Source: Armatimonadota bacterium (GTDB lineage Bacteria; Armatimonadota; Zipacnadia; Zipacnadales; UBA5352). From it: 24,441 bases of DNA. A model generated the notes under the pieces. It saw nothing but the letters and a program-made list of their open reading frames with translations, searched no databases and was not told where the DNA came from. The stretch is from the NCBI GenBank assembly GCA_034722055.1, contig JAYENL010000191.1, forward strand, positions 1 to 24,441, in the 5' to 3' direction. The translations under genes were made by a program, and so were the position numbers. Below are positions 1 to 6,980 of this stretch, piece after piece. Within the stretch, counting starts at the first letter, position 1. Each line of letters begins with the position of its first letter.

Positions 1-5
1 TGCCC

Positions 6-2477
6 ATGGATAGCACAAGGTGGCGGCGCATCAGCGCCCCCGTGGGCGCGTTCTGGAACCGCGACCGCGTCCCCATGGACACCCGGCGGATCGTGCGCCT
101 CTACATCGGCACCAGCGGCACGCACCACTTCGAGGTGGACCAGATCGCGCTGGAAGCCAAGCAGCGGCCCGTGGCCGCGCGCCCGCTGCACGCCGTGAGC
201 CCCCCGATGACAGTTGACGCCGTTCAGTTCGCCGACGGCCGCTACGCCCTGCGGTTCGATCCCTCGGCGCTGATGCCCGGACCGCTCACCGCCACCGCGG
301 ACTTCGACCTCGCCCGGAGCCAGCATCGTGCCACGCAGAAGCTTCCCGGTGCCACGCCACAGGATGAGGTGCTGCTTGCCGCGCCCGCTGTGGAGGCCGC
401 CGGCGACGGCAGCGTCAGGCTGACGCTCGTTCGCCAGGGCGAGACGGTGGCATCGGGAGCCTGGGACTTCGACCTCGTCGCCAGCCGCCCCCTGCCCGAC
501 CCCACGGAGCTCTCGCTGCTGCCGGCCCCGAAGGAGATCGAGCTGGGTGAGGGGGCTTTCCCGCTCCTCCCCGGCCCATCGCCTGACTGCACAACTGATG
601 CGATGAACTCCCCGGCACTGCGCCTGCTGACGGAGACCCTCGCCGCATGGGGCGCGCGTGGTGAGGACCTGCACGGCATCCCCCGAGCAGCAGGCGAGCC
701 GCTGCTGCTTCGCATCGGCGCGCCGGAGCCGCTCGACGCCGCCGCTGCGGAGCGCCTCCGCGATCTGCCCGCGCAGGGCTACGTGCTGGTGACATCAGGC
801 GCCGGCGTGGCGGTCGCGGCCAACGACCTCGGCGGGCTCCGCAACGGCGTCTGCACGCTCCTGCAGGCCGCGGAGAGCCACTATGCGCGCACCGGAGTGC
901 TTGCGGCGCCGGCGATGCACGTGGTGGATTGGCCCTCTCTGCCCATCCGCGCCGTCTCCATGCCACTGCCCACCAACCGCTGGGGGCACCCGAATGACCC
1001 GCCGGTGGATCCCGACTTCTTCATCGACTACCTGCGCCGGGTGGTGGTGGCACATAAGCTCAACATGTGCGTGCTCATCATCCACCAGGCCATGCAGTAC
1101 GACAGTCACCCCATCGTTGCAGGCCCGGCGGCGTGGCCGAAATCCGAGGTCAAGCGCGTCTTCGATGCCCTGCGCTCCTGGGGCGTGGAGCCGGTGCCGC
1201 TGATGAACTCGCTCGGCCACGCCAACTGGCTGACCATCCCCTACCGCGACCTGGAGCTGGCCGAGGACGGTGACGTCCACCAGCTCTGCACCTCGCATCC
1301 CCGCGCCGAGGAGATCCTGACGGAGATCTACCAGGAGATCATCGACCTGGTGGAGCCGGCGTACTTCCACGTGGGCCTCGACGAGATCCGCTGGAAGACG
1401 CACACGCTGCCGGAGGAACAGCGCTGCCCCCGCTGCGCCGGGAAGAGCAAGCAGGACATCTTCGCCGAGTGGGTGCAGATGCTGCACGACTTCCTGGCCG
1501 AGCAGGACATCGAGATGATGATGTGGGGCGACATGATCCTCCCAGGGCACAACGGCGGGCCGCCCTACAACCTGGCGGAGACCGTCGGTCGCCTGCCCAA
1601 GGACGTCATCATCTGCAACTGGTCCACGGGCGTGACGCCCGAATCACACGCCTGGCTGCGCGAGCACGGCTACCAGCGCATCATCAAGTCCAACTCCCGC
1701 GGGGCGACGCCGGCCGAGCAGGAGCTTGTCATGGGCAACATGATGGGCGTGTGGTACAAGACGCACTGGCTCACCGAGCACACAGCCCCGAAGCTGGAGG
1801 GCAATGCCTACGGGTCGATCCTGGCTGGCGCGGAGTACTCCTGGAATCACTGGCCGGACCTGTTCTCCCCCATGCCGCCGCTGAGGGCCGATTTCTTTGG
1901 CCAGCGGCCGCTGGCGCAGTGGCGTATCGCCGGCACCCCGGCGCCCGCGGGTCTGCTGCAGGCCATCGAGCTGCCGGAGGGCGATGCGGTCGAGGGGCTG
2001 CCCAGCGGCTCGCTGCGGTTCGGCGCCATCCCCTTCACCGTGGCTCCGGAGCGCGCCATCGAGCTTCAGCCCGGGGAGCGGGCCACCGTGGAGGTCAACC
2101 GCGCCGCGAATGCGCTTTACATCCTGCACGCGGCGCGGCTGCTGGACCGCGAGGCGATGGTGGAGGCCTTCAAGGCCGCGGAGAACTGGGGCGGGGCGCC
2201 GGTGGCGGAGTACACGGTCGCCTTCGAGTCGGGGCAGACGGAGATGATTCCGGTGCGCTACGGGATGGACGCGCGCGATCCCGAGGAGGGCTGGTGCGTC
2301 GCGCCGCTGTGCTACACCTCGCTGGGAGCGTATCCCATGACCTGCGAGGCCGACGGCCTGCACCTGTTCGCCCGCCAGTGGCGCAACCCGCGCCCGGACG
2401 ACGAGATTGTGTCGGTCACCATCCGCCAGCTCGACGCCCCGGCGCGCGTGGTGCTGGCGGGCCTGGCGGCGGAGTAG
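6..2477 (+). CDS. GH20-family beta-N-acetylhexosaminidase-like protein, probably 5'-truncated by the window edge
   Basis: LLPAPKE...GYVL...G.RNGVCTLLQ...DWPSLPIRA matches the GH20 domain-2 pattern. NSLGHANW, the catalytic motif FHVGLDE (~1365-1385), MMWGDMI and ICNW follow. C-terminal beta-sandwich ends WRNPRPDDEIVSV. The frame is open to the window edge and there is no signal peptide at the first Met, so the true start is likely upstream. Confidence 0.85.
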   Translation: MDSTRWRRISAPVGAFWNRDRVPMDTRRIVRLYIGTSGTHHFEVDQIALEAKQRPVAARPLHAVSPPMTVDAVQFADGRYALRFDPSALMPGPLTATADFDLARSQHRATQKLPGATPQDEVLLAAPAVEAAGDGSVRLTLVRQGETVASGAWDFDLVASRPLPDPTELSLLPAPKEIELGEGAFPLLPGPSPDCTTDAMNSPALRLLTETLAAWGARGEDLHGIPRAAGEPLLLRIGAPEPLDAAAAERLRDLPAQGYVLVTSGAGVAVAANDLGGLRNGVCTLLQAAESHYARTGVLAAPAMHVVDWPSLPIRAVSMPLPTNRWGHPNDPPVDPDFFIDYLRRVVVAHKLNMCVLIIHQAMQYDSHPIVAGPAAWPKSEVKRVFDALRSWGVEPVPLMNSLGHANWLTIPYRDLELAEDGDVHQLCTSHPRAEEILTEIYQEIIDLVEPAYFHVGLDEIRWKTHTLPEEQRCPRCAGKSKQDIFAEWVQMLHDFLAEQDIEMMMWGDMILPGHNGGPPYNLAETVGRLPKDVIICNWSTGVTPESHAWLREHGYQRIIKSNSRGATPAEQELVMGNMMGVWYKTHWLTEHTAPKLEGNAYGSILAGAEYSWNHWPDLFSPMPPLRADFFGQRPLAQWRIAGTPAPAGLLQAIELPEGDAVEGLPSGSLRFGAIPFTVAPERAIELQPGERATVEVNRAANALYILHAARLLDREAMVEAFKAAENWGGAPVAEYTVAFESGQTEMIPVRYGMDARDPEEGWCVAPLCYTSLGAYPMTCEADGLHLFARQWRNPRPDDEIVSVTIRQLDAPARVVLAGLAAE

Positions 2478-2499
2478 GGCTGACTGGCAGACGTGCCGT

Positions 2500-2579
2500 G
2501 GGCGGGGGTGGAACCTTGGGAGACCTCTGGTCTCCCTGCTCGCTCCGCTCACAGCTCTCACTCCTCGCTATGCTCGGAG
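2500..2579 (+). repeat. Structured ~80-nt repeat, copy C (lacks the 3' arm)
   Basis: GGGGTGGAACCT (2505-2516) is shared with 4901-4912 (rc) and 4988-4999. Hairpin GGGAGACC-TCT-GGTCTCCC (2518-2536). 11-nt loops TCGCTCCGCTC (2540-2550) and TCGCTATGCTC (2565-2575, closed by CTCC/GGAG). Confidence 0.7.
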
Positions 2580-2587
2580 CAGAGGCA

Positions 2588-2615
2588 ACATGACATAATA
2601 TTTCGTATGCGCCGA
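2588..2615 (-). other. dif: dif-like XerC/XerD recombination site (11-6-11)
   Basis: Minus strand reads TCGGCGCATAC-GAAATA-TTATGTCATGT. E. coli dif is GGTGCGCATAA-TGTATA-TTATGTTAAAT. GCGCATA, the 6-bp spacer and TTATGT are conserved. It is an AT-rich island in GC-rich DNA, intergenic between convergent genes. Confidence 0.75.
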
Positions 2616-2662
2616 TGTGCCAGGATACCACGAACGAGACTGGCTGGTGACGACGAGTCTGG

Positions 2663-2705
2663 CCGGGCCTCCGGCCCGGACGCGGGCGAGGGCGCCCGCG
2701 TCCCA
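2663..2705 (-). repeat. REP-like double hairpin
   Basis: CCGGGCC-TCC-GGCCCGG (2663-2679) and a perfect 11-bp stem GGACGCGGGCG-AGGG-CGCCCGCGTCC (2678-2703). Minus strand begins TGGGACGCGGGCGCCCTCGCCCGC. May also act as a terminator or stabiliser between the convergent genes. Confidence 0.7.
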
Positions 2706-2758
2706 ACAGGAGTGCCTGATTGGTCCCTGGGGAGCGCCTTCGCGGCCCACTCTATCCC

Positions 2759-3063
2759 GGGAAGCCAGCGCCTCCGGCAGCTCACTCCATCGTGGGAAGC
2801 CGGCGCCTCCGGCAGGTCGCTCCATCCGGGGAAGCCGGCGCCCTCGGCAGCTCACTTCATTCTGGGAAGCCAGCGCCCTCGGCAGCTCACTCCATCGTGG
2901 GAAGCCAGCGCCTCCGGCAGCTCACTCCATCGTGGGAAGCCAGCGCCCTCGGCAGCTCACTTCATTCTGGGAAGCCGGCGCCTCCGGCAGCTCACTCTAT
3001 TCTGGGAAGCCAGCGCCCTCGGCAGCTCACTTCATTCTGGGAAGCCGGCGCCCTCGCCGGCTT
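2759..3063 (+). repeat. 35-bp tandem repeat array (8 full units plus a terminal palindromic unit)
   Basis: GGGAAGCC starts at 2759, 2794, 2829, 2864, 2899, 2934, 2969, 3004 and 3039 (exact 35-bp period). Consensus GGGAAGCC[A/G]GCGCC[TC/CT]CGGCAGCTCACT[CCATCGT/TCATTCT]. The last unit ends in a perfect hairpin AAGCCGGCG-CCCT-CGCCGGCTT (3042-3063). A degenerate extra unit lies at ~2729-2758. Confidence 0.95.
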
Positions 3064-3080
3064 GTGGCGCGCAGCGCCGC

Positions 3081-4706
3081 TCAGCGCATCCGCGTGCTCG
3101 CGCCCAGCACCAGCACCCAATCGTCGCCGTCGGGAGGGTCGAAGCGCCCGCTCTTCCCTGTTGCGGTCTGCCAGCCGCCCTCGCGCGGGTCGTACCAGCG
3201 CGCCTCCTCCGGCAGGGCTCCGCGCACCCGGATGGGATCGCCCGCGGGCGTGTAGGCCACCACAAGGTCGCGCTCGTCCGTAGCCGCCACGGCGATGAAG
3301 TCCCTGGGGTCCGCGTCTCCGGGCTGCTCCACGAGAAGCTCCTGGGCCGGGCGCAGCCGCCACCACTCGATCTGATCCATCAGCTCCGCCAGCGCCGTCA
3401 TGCTGCGGATGCCGGGCGTTTCGAGGCCCTCGCGCCACGGTCCCACCTCGCCCAGCCCCTCGTGGCCTGGAGCCGGCCCAGGGGCCTCGCTCCACGCCCA
3501 GATGGGATTCGTCCCGTAGCTCACGCCCGCGGTGGGCGTCACCAGCAGGCTGAGCCAGGCCGCGCGGCGCACATCGAGCGGGCTGATGCGGTAGTCCGCG
3601 CCGTAGGCGGGATGGTCCTCGTAGTTCGGCTCCAGGTTGATGATCGGCAGCTCCAGCTCTCGCCAGTGCTGTGCCGGCGGGCCCGTGGCGATCCAGCGCG
3701 ACGTCCTCTCCGGCAGGCCGTGGCCGCTCTGATAGCCCAGGAAGTCGAACCACGGCTCGCCACCGAACTCATCCCCGACCCAGCTCGTCCCGCAGGGATG
3801 CATCGTGACCGGCCGGTCGCTGTCCTCGCCGAAGACCGCGCGCCCGATCCGCCGCCAGCGTGCCGCCACCTCTTCCTCCTTGTAGCGGCCATCGCCGCCC
3901 AGAAACCACACCACGTTGTAGGCGCCCCAGCGAGCCCGCATGTAGCGGCACAGCCGAATCGCGCTCTGCTCCGACAGCACCTGTCCGGGATCGCTCGCGG
4001 TCAGCGTCCACAGCATCACCGGCGCGGCGACGAGGCCGTGTCGATGGATGGCTGAGATCTTGGCATCCATGCGGCGGAAGGCCGCGATGTTCACGTTGAC
4101 ATGTTTGGGGTTCGAGAAGACCAGGTCCTCCTCCGGCCAGCCGCGCCACTGCGTGGTGACGAACTGCACGGCGGTGAAGCGCTGGTTGAGCCGGAGGACG
4201 AGGTACTCCTCCCACTCGTCCGGCCGTGCGCGCAACACGCCATTCCAGGCCGTGTCGGAGAGCCAGAAGAAGGGCGTCCCGTCAGCCTGCTCCAGGTGGC
4301 GGCGATCCGCCGCCACCCTCAGCGGCCCGTGCTCCAGGAGCGGATTCGCGCCCTCGTAGGCCGCGCAGGCGAAGCTCCCCTCACGCCCATGCAGGCCGTT
4401 ATCGTCAGGAACCGAGCAGCTCGTGCGCCACTGCCACGTGCCGACCTCATCGGGGCAGAACCGCACCAGCCAGCTCCGCTCGCCATCCCAGAACCCCTCG
4501 ACCTCACGCTCATCCCCGCACGGCGAGGTGAACGTAGCGGTGAGCGTCACGTCCCACAACGGCTCCTCGTACTCGCGTTCGCTCTCAAGCACGATCTCGT
4601 GCACGTGCCAGCGGGCGACCTGATCCATGGCCGCGTCACTCCCTCCGACAAGCATGACTGCCAGCGCGATAGATGCGCCCGTTACCGTTGACCGCACGCG
4701 AGGCAC
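3081..4706 (-). CDS. DUF5060 + DUF4038 (GH140 apiosidase-like) + C-terminal collagen-binding-like domain protein, secreted
   Basis: Signal-peptide-like N-terminus. FTSP.G....VEGFWDG..W.VRF.P...G.W.W (DUF5060). GPLRV...RHLEQADGTPFFWLSDTAW, RWGAYNVVWFLGGD, TMHP, DFLGYQSGH, PIINLEPNYE and GVSYG (DUF4038/GH140). ARWYDPREG...DWVLVL at the C-terminus. The GTG start position is approximate. Confidence 0.88.
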   Translation of the reverse strand: MPRVRSTVTGASIALAVMLVGGSDAAMDQVARWHVHEIVLESEREYEEPLWDVTLTATFTSPCGDEREVEGFWDGERSWLVRFCPDEVGTWQWRTSCSVPDDNGLHGREGSFACAAYEGANPLLEHGPLRVAADRRHLEQADGTPFFWLSDTAWNGVLRARPDEWEEYLVLRLNQRFTAVQFVTTQWRGWPEEDLVFSNPKHVNVNIAAFRRMDAKISAIHRHGLVAAPVMLWTLTASDPGQVLSEQSAIRLCRYMRARWGAYNVVWFLGGDGRYKEEEVAARWRRIGRAVFGEDSDRPVTMHPCGTSWVGDEFGGEPWFDFLGYQSGHGLPERTSRWIATGPPAQHWRELELPIINLEPNYEDHPAYGADYRISPLDVRRAAWLSLLVTPTAGVSYGTNPIWAWSEAPGPAPGHEGLGEVGPWREGLETPGIRSMTALAELMDQIEWWRLRPAQELLVEQPGDADPRDFIAVAATDERDLVVAYTPAGDPIRVRGALPEEARWYDPREGGWQTATGKSGRFDPPDGDDWVLVLGASTRMR

Positions 4707-4838
4707 CTCCGATCACGCGCGGCACCGATCCCCTGCGGGCGTCACAGGCCCGTGCGCGACCGGCCGATCGGGTCCTACTCCTGCACGGCAGACGTTGACG
4801 CACTATCCTGCTTCATACCAATACGCTTACTTCCACCA

Positions 4839-4918
4839 TGGAGGGGCCGCCGCGAGCGTAGTGAGCGGTGTGAGGTCGCGAGCAGAGCGAGTGACCTCAC
4901 AGGTTCCACCCCGGCCCC
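4839..4918 (-). repeat. Structured ~80-nt repeat, copy A
   Basis: Minus strand: GGGGCCG-G-GGTGGAACC-TGTGAGGTCAC-(TCGCTCTGCTC)-GCGACCTCACA-CCGC-(TCACTACGCTC)-GCGG-CGGCCCC-TCCA. Confidence 0.8.
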
Positions 4919-4981
4919 ACAGAAGTACTGCAGGCGCCCTCGCCTGCACGCCACTCGGCCCCTCCGCACATATGCAGATGC

Positions 4982-5059
4982 CGGGCCGGGGTGGAACCTT
5001 CGGCCCGTTCGCTGCGCTCACGGACCTCACCGGGCGCTGCGCGCCCGGCGGCCCCTCCA
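4982..5059 (+). repeat. Structured ~80-nt repeat, copy B (inverted relative to copy A)
   Basis: CGGGCCG-G-GGTGGAACC-TTCGGCCCGT-(TCGCTGCGCTC)-ACGGACCTCA-CCGGGCGC-(TGC)-GCGCCCGG-CGGCCCC-TCCA. Perfect inverted matches to copy A: 4901-4917/4983-4999 (17 bp) and 4839-4851/5047-5059 (13 bp). Confidence 0.8.
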
Positions 5060-5141
5060 CGTGAATGCTGCGCATTGCAGGGAAAGCCAGGCTCGCCCAG
5101 TGCGCTGCTCCTCAACATCCGAGGACTTCTGCAAGTGCGCG

Positions 5142-6842
5142 CTACATCGCCGCCCGCTCGCGCTCCCGAGTCCGGCGCAGGCGCGGCACGGCCTCCATCG
5201 ACACGTAGACCGCCAGCCCGATGAGCACCACGCAGATACCCCCCAGCACGTAGTTCGGCGAGGCGCCGAGGAGCAGCCCGTAGGCCTGGTAGATCAGCGC
5301 GCCGATGGTGGTCACCAGGACGAACAGGCCCGGCACGATGACATAGCTGGTCGGCCTGGCCACGCCCACCAGGTAGACGGCGATGACCAGGAAGGCCAGA
5401 GCGGCGATGAGCTGGTTGGCGGCGCCGAAGACGGGCCACAGGAACTTGCCGGCGCCTGAGAGCCCCAGGTAGACCGCGGGCAGAACGGTGATGATGCTGG
5501 CCAGCCAACGGTTCTGCAGGGGCGTAACGCGCTCGCCGAAGGTCTCGGTCAGCACGAAGCGGCCCAGGCGCGTGCAGGTGTCGAGGGTGTCCAGGAGGGT
5601 GGCGTTGAGCACGATGGCGGCCAGCAGCACGCCGGTGGCGAATGGCACGAAGGGGAGGGCCTGGTGCGTGAGGTTGGCGAAGCCGCGGATGAAGGCGACC
5701 GCGGGTCCCCCGCCGGTCTCCAGCTCGATGATCGCGCGGAGGTTGAGCGAATTTCCGTCCGGGCCCAGGTGGCTGCCGATCCAGTACAGGCCGGCGCCGA
5801 CGAGGAAGACCACGGAGACCGCCTGCGCGGCCTCCATGACCATGCTGCCAAAGGCGATGGGCAGGCCCTGGCGCTCGTCTGCGAGCTGCTTGACGGTGGT
5901 GCCGCCCGCGACCAGGGAGTGGAAGCCCGACACCGCCCCGCAGGCCACCAGGATGAACAGCATCGGCCACAGCGGGCCCTTTTCGGTCACCAGCGCCACG
6001 TGCGCCGGCGCGCGCACCGGGGCGTTGGCGACGAAGATGGCCACGAAGCCGACGCCGATGCCGAAGACCATGATCATCGAGCTGAGGTAGTCGCGCGGCT
6101 GCTCCAGGAACCAGATGGGCAGCACCGAGACCAGCAGGCAGTAGAGCGCCAGCACCCCGAACCAGACCTGGAATACGGTGCCCTCGCCCCACGATGCCGG
6201 CAGCTCCAGCGGCCAGGTCTGCCCCGCCCACAGCAGCAGCGCCAGCAGGAGTGCGCCGAGGATCGTCATCTGCCACAGCGGCTGGCGCCAGCGGTAGATG
6301 GCCACGCCGATGAACATCGCCACCACCAGCAGCCCGGCGTTGGGGATGACCACGCTGGGGGCGGTGATGAGGGTCTGCGCCGCCAGGATGGTGAACATGG
6401 CGATGATCAGAATCAGCGCCAGCCACAGGAAGAGGCCCATCACCACCGCGGCCCTGCGGCCCACCAGTCGGCCGGCGATGTCGGAGATGCTCTTGCCGTC
6501 ATTGCGGGCAGAGACCATCAGCGAGAGGTAGTCGTGCACGCCTCCGATGAAGATCGTCCCCAGGATGATCCAGCCCAGCGTGGAGGCCCAGCCGAAGTAC
6601 GCGACGGCAATGACCGGCCCCACGATGGGCCCGGCGCCGGCGATGTTGGTGAAGTGGTGTCCGAAGAGCATCAGGGGCCGCGCCGGCTCGTAGTCGATGC
6701 CATCCCGCAGCTCCACCGCCGGCGTCTCAGCCTCGGCGTCCGGCTCCACGCACCTGCGCTCCACCAGCCTGCCGTAGAAGTAGTAACCCAGCGCCAGCAG
6801 CGCCAGGGAGATCAGCGTCAGCAGCGCACTGCTCATCCACAT
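5142..6842 (-). CDS. cstA: Carbon starvation protein A family transporter (peptide/pyruvate uptake)
   Basis: Polytopic membrane protein with CstA signatures TPA.EL.DG.DY.P, FGHHFTNIAGAGPIVGP, GGVHDY, LP.W.L.QPRDYL, VACGAVSGFHSL, G.MVME, TLDT.TRLGR and LWP.FGAANQL. The start may be the ATG at 6836. Confidence 0.95.
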   Translation of the reverse strand: MWMSSALLTLISLALLALGYYFYGRLVERRCVEPDAEAETPAVELRDGIDYEPARPLMLFGHHFTNIAGAGPIVGPVIAVAYFGWASTLGWIILGTIFIGGVHDYLSLMVSARNDGKSISDIAGRLVGRRAAVVMGLFLWLALILIIAMFTILAAQTLITAPSVVIPNAGLLVVAMFIGVAIYRWRQPLWQMTILGALLLALLLWAGQTWPLELPASWGEGTVFQVWFGVLALYCLLVSVLPIWFLEQPRDYLSSMIMVFGIGVGFVAIFVANAPVRAPAHVALVTEKGPLWPMLFILVACGAVSGFHSLVAGGTTVKQLADERQGLPIAFGSMVMEAAQAVSVVFLVGAGLYWIGSHLGPDGNSLNLRAIIELETGGGPAVAFIRGFANLTHQALPFVPFATGVLLAAIVLNATLLDTLDTCTRLGRFVLTETFGERVTPLQNRWLASIITVLPAVYLGLSGAGKFLWPVFGAANQLIAALAFLVIAVYLVGVARPTSYVIVPGLFVLVTTIGALIYQAYGLLLGASPNYVLGGICVVLIGLAVYVSMEAVPRLRRTRERERAAM

Positions 6843-6894
6843 CAGGCTCTCGTGTCAGTTCCCGGCGGAATGCCCGGGTGCGCGCTGGCGCTAC

Positions 6895-6922
6895 ATTTGC
6901 TCGCGCGGTCGCCGAGTCCTCC
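6895..6922 (-). promoter_or_regulatory. Putative SigH/ECF-like promoter upstream of cstA
   Basis: Minus strand GGAGGA-N18-AAAT. Same spacing as the two motifs at 14067-14143. Loosely resembles the B. subtilis sigma-H AGGA...GAAT consensus. Confidence 0.25.
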
Positions 6923-6980
6923 CCGCTCACTCACCCCACCCAGAGCTTGCCCTCGCACACCATCGGCTCCCAGCCATGCC

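Noticed and set aside
2759..3063. CRISPR array or TIGR-like guide array
   Set aside because: There are no unique spacers. Variation is limited to a few recurring alleles, some units are identical, and no cas or Nop-domain gene lies in the window.
2478..3080. Prophage or IMEX integrated at dif
   Set aside because: There is no duplicated att/dif copy and no integrase, rep or phage gene in the window.
2493..4055. ORFs with repetitive peptides across the array (2493-4055, 2617-3255, 2720-3283)
   Set aside because: The 35-bp period is not a multiple of 3, all three frames give the same cycling peptide, and the ORFs run antisense into the GH140-like gene.
4792..4835. AT-richer stretch with TTGACG as a second dif or sigma-70 promoter
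   Set aside because: It has no TTATG/CATA dyad and no good -10 box at 16-18 bp. It is probably promoter DNA for the gene starting at 4706, but no element can be assigned.
4839..5059. tRNA or tmRNA genes
   Set aside because: Despite a closing stem and TCCA, there is no TTCRA T-loop, no U8/A14 and no 7-nt anticodon loop.
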